Assembly (NCBI GenBank): GCA_014728035.1 | Contig: WJMJ01000018.1 | Span: forward strand, 64,001-128,000 | DNA from: Promethearchaeota archaeon | Lineage (GTDB): Archaea; Asgardarchaeota; Thorarchaeia; Thorarchaeales; Thorarchaeaceae | Length of the DNA: 64,000 nt | Direction: 5' to 3' | Shown here: one piece after another, positions 41,201-49,473 of the stretch | Layout: each line of letters opens with the position of its first letter | Numbering within the stretch: position 1 is the first letter of the stretch | Program-made: the position numbers and the translations under genes | Notes under the pieces: model-generated | Told to the model about the DNA's origin: nothing | Seen by the model: the letters and a program-made list of their open reading frames with translations, nothing else | Database searches by the model: none

Positions 41201-41556
41201 GCATGAGCTAATTCAGAATACATTGATTGAGGTTCAGCATCTTTCTTAATGTATTGAGTTGCCCCTTTGTTCAAAGCTTCGATAGCAACATCTTCTCTCG
41301 ACTTCCCGGTAAACAGTATGAAAGGAATCCTGGAATCACGTTTCCGGACATATTCGAGCAGATCAAGACCATTGTGAATAGGCATATCATAATCTGATAT
41401 TATTGCGTCAAATTTTTTCTCTGCAATCAATTCCATTGCTTTTTCACTTGATGATAGAGTTACAATATCTAATCCTGTTAGTGTTGTAAGAAATCGTTTT
41501 GCAACCTGACATGTGATTTCATCATCGTCAACAAATAATACCGTTGCAGAGCACAT
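38242..41556 (-). CDS. Hybrid signal transduction protein: REC, 6 PAS/PAC, histidine kinase
   Basis: VLFVDDD...SDYDMP..NG...FTGK receiver; six PAS repeats ending in DIT-like motifs; KHDISN H-box, NLIQNA N-box, GGLGL G2 box. Confidence 0.93.
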   Translation of the reverse strand: MCSATVLFVDDDEITCQVAKRFLTTLTGLDIVTLSSSEKAMELIAEKKFDAIISDYDMPIHNGLDLLEYVRKRDSRIPFILFTGKSREDVAIEALNKGATQYIKKDAEPQSMYSELAHALQNAVLSFQISKALDESKLRNRLLIESMQDMIFVMDEDDRYIDFFGSETSRVIVSPDEFLGKKASDVVPPRIYEEYIERKQRILETGQTEVMEYWLEFDEEKIWYRAYLSLHQNGKHIVLLVSDITKEKEAIRLKEMSEELAEALIESTPQGVLVIGLDSVQVLFANEMAGEILGYKKSELIGFGPDNLSAILDISEHPELVEDYERKLGEFNTPIKKRYKIVNTSGTIKWLEAFLNPIQYADKRSVLVVFSDKTEEYKAEQEIKQQTSYFSSLFEYAPLPYQSLDGNGCIREVNLAWLELFDYDRDNVIGRSFGDFIVESQRRKFHENFQKFKEDGRVHDVRYDMIREDGDIRQVSIDGCISYNSNGTFEKTHCILKDVTGGANGISDPIRDPYFRIIADVTYDWESWIGNDGNLIWVNPAVERITGYSVKDCMGMKDYPISIIHPEDRYKIFDILNQATDGESKGNDIPFRILTKDGLVRWIAMSYQPMRNNLGELLGFRTSMRDTTERQKLALELTESEAFFRALFNAIPEFVQVWEREEDGSIRLVAVNFRIHDASKGKVESLVGKTVEEIYHQSPHYKHKITEAMAMSLGDIIQFETEYQMLTQNRSFHMIWYFTKASPNHLLMIATDITKHIEIEKQLQKSKERLGIAMEATGIGYFELRNDLSESYFSDQWCDIHGITQNQVPEKTEDLWKWFLSIVHSDDKERFKQLLQNADNLDVVNFIYRIHLPEGTIRWIHGYGAVQKVKSESDVFRIIGSAQDITPEIEAKLKLETQRDELSKFTHQMKHDISNILHNMMGLLSLLDDEYNPDYISRFKTMIDQMESLLRESVQLADAGMIIGQRETCDLFEILQSINDTIIPNSVDMHLSNLPTVECDLAKITQAFQNLIQNAFEHGNPSTISVFSEYHGKEVDIVITNDGKEIPEKIRKSIFLKKISSKDKGGLGLQIVKRIIEAHDWKITLDDSKQTSFRIHIPLHDVSK

Positions 41557-41753
41557 TTAATCACCAGCTAAAGTGCCCTTGTAATAAACAGTTCCACCTT
41601 AGGCATAGGATATATGAAAGAGCACCATTTATCTCTGTTTATTATAAACTATTTATCGAAACCAGTTCATCAGCGGAACATATTTGTACGAATCAAATCA
41701 AATAACCACCTGACCTCAGGCTTGCAGAGGGAACTACAAAGGGTCGGAATAAT

Positions 41754-42485
41754 ATGGAAAACGAATGTATTCAATGGGAAAAACTTGCAGGTGAATTCGC
41801 TGAGAAAGAGAAATACTACCAAGCGGCGAACCAGTTCAGAAATGCTGCTTCCTGCCATTTAGATAAAGTTCTTGAGATGACACGAAAAGCAGCTGAATAC
41901 TATCACATGCATGCTGAAGCTAGTGCTGAAGCAGATGATCACAAATCAGCAGCCAGATCATATTTTGAAGCTGCAAATCAATACCGACAAGTAAGTGATT
42001 TTGCTACTGCTCTGACCCTATTTGAAAATGCTGCTTCTGAAGCATTAGATGAGGGTATGACAGAAACCGCTGCTTCTTCCTATCTATGGGCAGCATTTGC
42101 GTGTCATAAACTTGGTAACACCGACTATTTCCTAACTTGTGCTGAAAATATGGCAAATCTGTATGATAAGGCTGCCGAATCGGTACTCGAAGAAGGGAAA
42201 GCAGAGAGAGCGGTGATTAATTTATCACTTTCAGCTATGGGATTCGCTACAATTCAGAGGATTGATGATGCCAAACAACGAATCGAGAAAGCTAAACGTG
42301 TAATTGATAAAACAAGTTGGCCATGGTTGAAAACACTTCTCTCTTTCAGTGATGCACTGGCAGATGGTAGATTGATCGAAGCTGAAGACCAGTGGAAGGA
42401 TTTCAAGGAAGAAGAAACTATCCAAGAAGTCATGAAAGCTTGCCATAGTATAATTGAAGATAGAGAGCGACGAGGTCAAAAATAG
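41754..42485 (+). CDS. SNAP (soluble NSF attachment protein)-like / TPR-like alpha-solenoid protein
   Basis: Repeated AAxx(Y/F)xxAA helices: QAANQFRNAA, SAARSYFEAA, TAASSYLWAA, ANLYDKAA. Confidence 0.7.
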   Translation: MENECIQWEKLAGEFAEKEKYYQAANQFRNAASCHLDKVLEMTRKAAEYYHMHAEASAEADDHKSAARSYFEAANQYRQVSDFATALTLFENAASEALDEGMTETAASSYLWAAFACHKLGNTDYFLTCAENMANLYDKAAESVLEEGKAERAVINLSLSAMGFATIQRIDDAKQRIEKAKRVIDKTSWPWLKTLLSFSDALADGRLIEAEDQWKDFKEEETIQEVMKACHSIIEDRERRGQK

Positions 42486-42487
42486 AC

Positions 42488-43735
42488 CTATGTCACTCGT
42501 ACCTTCACTGTTTTAGTTACTTCCTTGCCTGTTTTAGTATCCTCAAGTTTCATGGTTGCAAACTGCTCTCCTGTTACTTCAGCTTGGATATAGACCTGGA
42601 AAGACATCCGCTCACCAGCACCTAGGAATTGAATACTTTTCTCAGTTCCTCCAAGCGATACAACCAAGCCATCAGAGAGTTCAATTTTCACGGTGATATT
42701 ACCAGCAGGACCATCACCAGTATTTTGAATCATCACATCAAAGACTATTTCATCTCCGATATCAGCAGAGATCTGTTCTGGATTAACTTCTAATGCTAAT
42801 TCTGATGGAGCTTTGCCTATCCGGAATTCAATCGCGTTACTATGCTTGTTAACTAGCACTGATTCACCTTGTAACGTTAGTACGAAAGGACCGATTTTTC
42901 CATCACCACTTAGTACAGGATTGACAATCAATAACCAAGACTCCTCAGTTTTATTCACAGCTTTTAGTTCCAAGTCTTTTGAAAAGGCAAGACTGTTTGA
43001 TAGAGTATATCTATAATCCACAATTGTAACAGGAATTGGGCATTTATATTTCAGTTCAAACTCGATAGGTGTCTTTGCACTAATCTCATACATTTCCTGT
43101 CCAGCCCACTGCAGTATTAATTCAGTCTGGGTTGCAAGTTTTACACCTTCCACCACATAATTAACAAGACCACTCTCAACCTCGGAGGGTTTAGCTCTTG
43201 AAACTATCCTCTTAATCTCTTTCAGAGATGGTTCTTCACCCTTACAAAGAACATCAACACATAATCGTGCTAATTGCATCATTCCCTCCATAGTCTTAGC
43301 TAATTTATAGCGCTTATCAGTTTTCTTTGTAAGATTAACACATGTATCAAAATTTCTGGAAGCTAAATAACAAATAATTGCTAACCCATTTGCACGCATT
43401 GATGATTTGGTTTTATGTTTCTTGAACAAATGATCAGAAGCTTCAGAATATAGTACAGCTCCTTCATCAAATCTAGCTTCTTGAAGTAAAGTTTCAGCAG
43501 CCGCAATTTTCATCTCTGCCGCTTTTACATGGTCCTCAAAATCTAATGCAGCCCATGCAGCCTCACGGAAGTATTTAACTGCAAAATCAGGTCGGTCTGC
43601 TTCATTGAAGAGCTTTGCAGCTTTCTCGTATTCGGTACACGCATAATCTGAATAACCCTCCTCAAATTCCTCTATTGCCTTCTCGACATGTTTTTTTGCC
43701 TTTGAAATCGGATCTCGTTTAAGAAAGTCGAACAT
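42488..43735 (-). CDS. SNAP-like alpha-solenoid fused to two Ig-like beta-sandwich domains
   Basis: ACTEYEKAAKLF...AVKYFREAA...AIICYLA N-terminal half; C-terminal GDEIVFDVMIQNTGDGPAGNITV (CARDB/DUF11-like); no signal peptide; GAGGA SD before ATG 43735. Confidence 0.7.
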   Translation of the reverse strand: MFDFLKRDPISKAKKHVEKAIEEFEEGYSDYACTEYEKAAKLFNEADRPDFAVKYFREAAWAALDFEDHVKAAEMKIAAAETLLQEARFDEGAVLYSEASDHLFKKHKTKSSMRANGLAIICYLASRNFDTCVNLTKKTDKRYKLAKTMEGMMQLARLCVDVLCKGEEPSLKEIKRIVSRAKPSEVESGLVNYVVEGVKLATQTELILQWAGQEMYEISAKTPIEFELKYKCPIPVTIVDYRYTLSNSLAFSKDLELKAVNKTEESWLLIVNPVLSGDGKIGPFVLTLQGESVLVNKHSNAIEFRIGKAPSELALEVNPEQISADIGDEIVFDVMIQNTGDGPAGNITVKIELSDGLVVSLGGTEKSIQFLGAGERMSFQVYIQAEVTGEQFATMKLEDTKTGKEVTKTVKVRVT

Positions 43736-43815
43736 TTTATAGTCCTCGAATATCTCTGTGAGTAAGTCTAGCGAATTCACCCTTCGCTATATCGCTTTCG
43801 GCTGATGTGATATAA

Positions 43816-45021
43816 ATGATGAAAGAACCACCATATTGGCAAAATCCTTTAACAAAAGAATTTACGGTTACGATTACTTCGTGTGATAAAGAGGGAGAAC
43901 ACTATCTAATTGGCATATCAGAAAATGTCGTTCGTGCTGCTGGTGGAGGTCAAGATGGTGATCGAGGTATATTGCGTGTTGATGGTGCGACTATCCATTT
44001 TCACAACACTGCAAAACATCAAGGCCAATTAGTATTGTTAGCTGATAATCCCATCAATCCGAACCAAACCTCTCAGCTTATCATCGATATTGAGTGGAGA
44101 AGCGGAATGATGCAAAACCACACAGCAGAACACATCTTCGTTGCATCTATCAAGAAGAAAGACCCAACGTATGAGCTAGGGTATATCTGGATTGACGGAA
44201 ACAGAGGTGTTGTTGATATAATGGGACCTCGTTTGGATTTTGATATCATAATGGAAACAGAAAGAAGAGTACAGGAGATTATTGAACAAAAACTCCCCGT
44301 TAACATAGAAATCGTAAATGCTGATGAGCTTGATGCCGAGATAAGAGCAAGAGAGGGTGTGACATTAAAACATGAACATGTCAGAATCGTCAGTGTAGGG
44401 GATTTTGACAGCTCAGCCTGCTCAGGAACTCATGTGTTCAACACAGAAGAAATTGGTGCTTTCAAGGTGATAGATTTTCGACCTGTTGAAGGTGGAACAC
44501 GAATAGAATTTTTGACTTCAAAAAATGCTATCAAAGAAATGAGGACTGTCTACAATATTGCTCTACAAAGGAAATATGAACATCCTTTTGAAATGGAGCA
44601 ACTTGGGATTATTATTGACAGAGCAAAAAATCTCACTGTTGAAAGAGATCAGCTTGTTTCGCATCTTAGCAGAATCATCGTTGAGGGACAAAATACTGAT
44701 TTGATCAAGGACATTACATTCTGGAAGGAATATCTTCCAGGACTTGACATGAAAGAAGCACGTTCTATTATCAAAGATTATCCAATGGACAGAAAATTAG
44801 CAATTCTCTTCTTCATTCCAGGAGAAAAATCAAGCCTGGTATTTTGGACTAACGAGCTCCCTGAAAATGCATCTCACTACATATCTGAAATCGTTACTGA
44901 TCTTGGTGGAAGAGGAGGGGGAAGTAAGGATGTCTACACTGGAGGGTTTTCATCTTCTCCAAATCCAGAAAAAATCTATGAAGAAATCGTATCCAGATTG
45001 CACAAACGTCTTTCTCACTAA
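43816..45021 (+). CDS. alaX: Alanyl-tRNA editing protein (AlaX) with a C-terminal DHHA1 domain
   Basis: GGGQDGDRG, HTAEH and CSGTH Zn-binding motifs; GGRGGG in DHHA1. Confidence 0.9.
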   Translation: MMKEPPYWQNPLTKEFTVTITSCDKEGEHYLIGISENVVRAAGGGQDGDRGILRVDGATIHFHNTAKHQGQLVLLADNPINPNQTSQLIIDIEWRSGMMQNHTAEHIFVASIKKKDPTYELGYIWIDGNRGVVDIMGPRLDFDIIMETERRVQEIIEQKLPVNIEIVNADELDAEIRAREGVTLKHEHVRIVSVGDFDSSACSGTHVFNTEEIGAFKVIDFRPVEGGTRIEFLTSKNAIKEMRTVYNIALQRKYEHPFEMEQLGIIIDRAKNLTVERDQLVSHLSRIIVEGQNTDLIKDITFWKEYLPGLDMKEARSIIKDYPMDRKLAILFFIPGEKSSLVFWTNELPENASHYISEIVTDLGGRGGGSKDVYTGGFSSSPNPEKIYEEIVSRLHKRLSH

Positions 45022-45022
45022 C

Positions 45023-45478
45023 TCACTCCAAATTGTATCTGCTGGCTATTTCAGTCCAGAACTTTTTAACAGCCCATGGAACAGCGAGAAACTCCTCGCG
45101 AAACATATCAAAGTTAAGGCCTTGTACCATCATTTCCTGTGATGTTCCTATTATGCCCCTAGCTTCATCAAAATCAAAACAGACTTCAGCATAACGACGA
45201 TTGCATGCTAAGAGATCTAAAAATACGTCTTCTCTAATATCTTCAGGAATTTCTTCAAGGGCATATACATCGCAGAAAACCTGTATCCATTTTTCATCAG
45301 GTTTGACAGTAATGGTATATCGGAAATGATCATCGGCTTGCTCGGGTAATGGACTCGCTGGTAGTTCATCTTTGCGTTCACTAAAGACTAATTCAAATAT
45401 TCCATCACGCTCATTCCAGGTGTGTTTGAGTTTCAACAATTCAAGGTAGTCTTCAATCTGAGTCTTTATTCCAACCAT
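45023..45478 (-). CDS. YbjN / type III secretion chaperone-like protein
   Basis: KWIQVFC...LLACNRRYAEVCFDFD; same pattern as 13630..14034. Confidence 0.7.
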   Translation of the reverse strand: MVGIKTQIEDYLELLKLKHTWNERDGIFELVFSERKDELPASPLPEQADDHFRYTITVKPDEKWIQVFCDVYALEEIPEDIREDVFLDLLACNRRYAEVCFDFDEARGIIGTSQEMMVQGLNFDMFREEFLAVPWAVKKFWTEIASRYNLE

Positions 45479-45540
45479 CTATATCCCTTAAGACTTGAAT
45501 TCAATGACTTTGATTTAAGCATACTGTGCCAACACGGACC

Positions 45541-47151
45541 TTAGGGATAATAGTAATCCAATATCGTGACCTTACTCCAGTTGACGTGATAAACTGACAT
45601 TGTATCACGTCCACTGATAACATTATCATCCAGATGAACGGTTAGCTTAATAGTAACACCAGCTCCAAGTAGAATCTGATAATACAGCATAAGCTCATTG
45701 AAGAACACAAAATAATTACACCCTTGTTCTCGGAGATAATATAGTAATTCAATTGTACTCATATTTCCATGTATGATATCGGGGCTTACTAATCCCGCTA
45801 AATCAATTACTGTCCTATTAGAAATGAATCGAATTGCACCCGCATCATGTATGGCAAGAACTGCATCCTGTGGAGTATTATTTGCTAACCAATATCCAAT
45901 ATAGACCTGTTGTTCATTTATGTTTTTAACAGAGTTACCATAGAAGTCAGCTTGATGAACGTATTCTGGAAGTAAAGGTACAATCATAAGAAAGATGAGA
46001 AAGAGTAGAGTTATTAGCTCTCTATCTAGTGGATTCTCGAGTTTAGCTTCATATTGAAGAATGTAGGGAGTTATTTTTGCTATTGATGCAATAGCAGTGA
46101 TAAGGAAGAAACTGAACACAGGAACTAGGTATCGAGCATTGTTGATTAAAGAAGCATAAGGTACATTCAATCTGTACAATAAAACCAGTCCAACAGCAAG
46201 TAGCCACGTGAAGGGTTTTTTCTCGACAACCAATGCAATTCCTAAAATTCCTCCAATCATGATAAAGAAATATTCAATAAGCCAGTAATTCCACCAAAAC
46301 CGCCAAGCGTTTATCTGATCCTCTGTTGGTGGGTGTACCTTAGCATAGAATGTATCAGGTAAAGGAAGTCCTGTAGTACTTAAGCAATGAAATATCCAAG
46401 GTGAAACTACGAGAAGTGCCAATGCTCCTGTAATGATAAGTGATATCCACCTTTTCCAATCTACTAATTCTTCATAATCAAGCATGAGGAAACGAATCAA
46501 CACAAAAAGAGCTAGTATTGCTCCTTCAGGGCGGGATAGAAAGGCCAGACCCACAACTACTCCAATAATTGGATCATACTTGATATCCGTTTTATCCAAA
46601 AGTGCCACACCAAGAATCAAGAGGAATAAGAATATTGGAGTTTCCATCCCTGAAAGCATCAACCAAGTAGTACGTGGCATAATAACGAATCCAATCATTC
46701 CACATACAGCATAAGATAGTTTTCCAGTGTATTCATTCACTATGTATCCTACAAGGAATGTAGTGAAACTATAGAACACAATTGATATGAGATAGGTTCC
46801 TATAACCAGCTCGATTGGCTTCTGGGTGAATATGAATAAACTAGAGAGAACAAGTGACCATAGAGGACTAGTAGATCCCGTACTAGGATATCCTGGAGAA
46901 TACTCCCAAGGAGTACCATCATAGATGGTTCTAGCATATTGTAAATGAATCCATGAATCATCAAGAGAGAATCCAGGAAAAGTCCAGTTTATCATGGTGA
47001 ATAGATAATGAACACATGATAGAGCTGTTATTAAAACAGCAAAAACAAGAAGTTTTGTTAGGTTTGATGTTTTTTTGAAATGGTCCCAAGCGATTCTGAA
47101 AAATTTTTGAAGAGAATTCTCTTGGTCTTCTATAGGCGCTCCTTGCGTCAT
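45541..47151 (-). CDS. GT-C superfamily membrane glycosyltransferase
   Basis: LDDSWIHLQYA...GSTSPLW, SGMETP, RPEG, RYLVP and DAGAIRF...IDLAGL motifs; many TM helices. Confidence 0.85.
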   Translation of the reverse strand: MTQGAPIEDQENSLQKFFRIAWDHFKKTSNLTKLLVFAVLITALSCVHYLFTMINWTFPGFSLDDSWIHLQYARTIYDGTPWEYSPGYPSTGSTSPLWSLVLSSLFIFTQKPIELVIGTYLISIVFYSFTTFLVGYIVNEYTGKLSYAVCGMIGFVIMPRTTWLMLSGMETPIFLFLLILGVALLDKTDIKYDPIIGVVVGLAFLSRPEGAILALFVLIRFLMLDYEELVDWKRWISLIITGALALLVVSPWIFHCLSTTGLPLPDTFYAKVHPPTEDQINAWRFWWNYWLIEYFFIMIGGILGIALVVEKKPFTWLLAVGLVLLYRLNVPYASLINNARYLVPVFSFFLITAIASIAKITPYILQYEAKLENPLDRELITLLFLIFLMIVPLLPEYVHQADFYGNSVKNINEQQVYIGYWLANNTPQDAVLAIHDAGAIRFISNRTVIDLAGLVSPDIIHGNMSTIELLYYLREQGCNYFVFFNELMLYYQILLGAGVTIKLTVHLDDNVISGRDTMSVYHVNWSKVTILDYYYP

Positions 47152-47224
47152 TGGATCACATATCACTGAAATTATGCATTACAAAAAAAGGATTCTCAAT
47201 AATGTCAAAGAATACTTTCGGTTA

Positions 47225-47283
47225 ACCCTCTCCGGGATGCGGTTGTCTGTTTGAAAGAACATGGCCAGCTGAGAAGGGTCATA
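47225..47283 (+). ncRNA. Candidate H/ACA-like guide RNA hairpin
   Basis: ACCCT/AGGGT basal stem, large internal loop, TGTTT-GAAA-GAACA apical stem, ATA box just after the stem. Confidence 0.3.
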
Positions 47284-47335
47284 GGAATACATACTCAAAC
47301 TTCCATAGGTCCACCCTTAAGAAGGGGGTATTAAT

Positions 47336-48484
47336 ACGGCAATCGGTCAAGCACTTTCTTCGCAATTACAACTGGAGTCTATCGAGGCAAGTTCAAATCT
47401 TACAGTCTATTCGCCTCCCGGCGTTACTGTTGAAACTGCTAAGTATCCAATCATGTGGGCCGGGGTACTAGCTTCAACTCAAGCCTCTGAATGGCTCTCG
47501 ATTTATGACCACCCCATTGCGTGGAATGGTATTCAAAAAGAAGCAATCCTAACCATGCGCGAGTATCTCTATCGGTTCGTGGTCCCCATAGATGCACGAG
47601 AGATGATGCCTACAGATATGGTTGAAACACTTCAGACCGTTGCAATGTCCGTGACTCCTATAGCACTTGATGTGGAGGTTGGAAGATTACCTCCACGCAC
47701 CCTTCAAACAAATGGAGGTTTACTCCCTTCTAGTCCCCAAGTTCAAGTAAAATCGATGAAAATCGTTTCTGATCCAGAGATCAGTGTTGTTGCTGAGAAA
47801 ATATCGCAAAGAGATGTTCCAGCTTCAGAATCAATTTGGAAACTCTTGGATTTTGAGTATTCTTTAGACCAAGTAGCAAGAATCATGTCTCTTGGACTTC
47901 TGGGAAAACTGAAACGAAGACGGATTATTCCCCTTAAAGCAGCTTACAAGGTAGTTATTGATAGTTTTATAGATCGTTCTATATCCGAGCTCATGGATAA
48001 AGCTGAAGGAAGTTCCAGTAAGTTATTCATCTCTGATTTTCTCGATGATTCATTTGTAGTAGTTATGACGCCTGGTGGTCCAAGTGTTGATTACGTCCAT
48101 CTGCAAGATTATGAGATGGATAAAAAACGTACATTGAGTATGGAGGGAGAGCTAAATCATATGACGGATCCCAAGACTATTCTTTATGCCGACCATGCTC
48201 GTTTTTCTAGCTATACTCAGATGCTTAATGAACACAGAAATTATCACATCACAGTGTTTCACTATTCCAACAAGACCACAAATCAGATTCTTGGCCCTTG
48301 GGTTGCAAGAGCTGGAGTTACGGAAGCATTCAATAATTCCTCAGTTCATCTTGAAGATCCAGAAGTAACAAAGACAATTCTGGATTCACTTCTATATCGT
48401 GGGTTAGAGTATTGGACAAAAGATACGCCAATATTGAATAGAATGAACTTGGAAAATGTCGCTTATGGTCTTGCTATAAAATAA
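47336..48484 (+). CDS. Nre (DUF650/651)-like archaeal DNA repair protein, divergent; true start upstream of the first ATG (47453)
   Basis: SPPGVTV...YP upstream of the ATG, then LSLGLLG...RRIIP...A...V.D and LG.WV.R..V motifs of the Nre family; no N-terminal Cys cluster or C-terminal PIP box. Confidence 0.65.
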   Translation, partial: TAIGQALSSQLQLESIEASSNLTVYSPPGVTVETAKYPIMWAGVLASTQASEWLSIYDHPIAWNGIQKEAILTMREYLYRFVVPIDAREMMPTDMVETLQTVAMSVTPIALDVEVGRLPPRTLQTNGGLLPSSPQVQVKSMKIVSDPEISVVAEKISQRDVPASESIWKLLDFEYSLDQVARIMSLGLLGKLKRRRIIPLKAAYKVVIDSFIDRSISELMDKAEGSSSKLFISDFLDDSFVVVMTPGGPSVDYVHLQDYEMDKKRTLSMEGELNHMTDPKTILYADHARFSSYTQMLNEHRNYHITVFHYSNKTTNQILGPWVARAGVTEAFNNSSVHLEDPEVTKTILDSLLYRGLEYWTKDTPILNRMNLENVAYGLAIK

Positions 48485-48509
48485 AAAAGAAAGAGGGTAG
48501 GAACTAGTC

Positions 48510-49469
48510 CTAAATCTCTTCTTTTGCTTCTTTTCTAGATACTCCCTTGTAGAGAAGTGCCAATCCTATAATGGCAAACAATGCGCCACCAACATAGCCA
48601 CCGCCAGGTAGAATATTGAATTGATATGCTGCTGCAATAAGACCAATACCTAGCAAGAGCATAATAAGACCAAATCCAACACCCATTGCTCTGAAAGCCA
48701 TAGAACGAGGATATTTGCTCTCAATAACATAACCTGTTGCTGCTGCAACTGAAGCTTTGTATTTTCTCTTGCCATATCGATATGTCAATTCCCAGACTGG
48801 TACATGAATCAGGAAGGTCTCTCCGACATCGATGTTATCATCTCGTGATTCTATCTTATCGACCTCATCAAGTACCAAAGCGGTCTGTTTGTCAAAAGCA
48901 ATCTGATGTGCTTTCTTCTTTGCTTCCTCTTCACCGATTTTGCTATGAAGTACATCGCCATCATACTCTTCAGCGTGAGCATGACTGAAGTATTCTTTTG
49001 CACGGGAAGGTATTGGGAATTTCTTGATATCTTCGTCTATCGATTCAATACCAGGAATATTGATCTCATGCCTTCTAGTGAATTGGCCTGATTCTGGTTT
49101 GTAGAAGAAGTCTATTCTCTTATACGCACCACGTCGCTGTGGCCACTCGTCGTAGAAGTTAGCATCACGACCTAATCCTTGATAGGTGGTGTGAGCGTCT
49201 ACCCTGCTAATCCAAAAAGGATAGAAGACCAATTTGTATTTCAAGAAGTGTGCTTTTACAGGAAGGTCCTGTGGTGCACCCAATTGCTTTGAACACCAGT
49301 CCAACAATGTGGTCTGTGCTGTGTGTTGAGCAAAGTGAACACGAATCATATAGTGATCTTTGAACTTGGCTCCTTCTTGAGTCTGAGCTGTCCCACAATA
49401 GGGGCAGACTAAGAGAACATCACCAGGTCCGGTCTCGAAATTAGCTGAACAAAATGCACATGTAACCAT
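48510..49469 (-). CDS. Zn-ribbon membrane protein, YdjG-like
   Basis: CAFC...CPYC, FYPFW, HVPVW...Y.....Y...V...TG.V and two C-terminal TMs. Confidence 0.75.
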   Translation of the reverse strand: MVTCAFCSANFETGPGDVLLVCPYCGTAQTQEGAKFKDHYMIRVHFAQHTAQTTLLDWCSKQLGAPQDLPVKAHFLKYKLVFYPFWISRVDAHTTYQGLGRDANFYDEWPQRRGAYKRIDFFYKPESGQFTRRHEINIPGIESIDEDIKKFPIPSRAKEYFSHAHAEEYDGDVLHSKIGEEEAKKKAHQIAFDKQTALVLDEVDKIESRDDNIDVGETFLIHVPVWELTYRYGKRKYKASVAAATGYVIESKYPRSMAFRAMGVGFGLIMLLLGIGLIAAAYQFNILPGGGYVGGALFAIIGLALLYKGVSRKEAKEEI

Positions 49470-49473
49470 TTGA

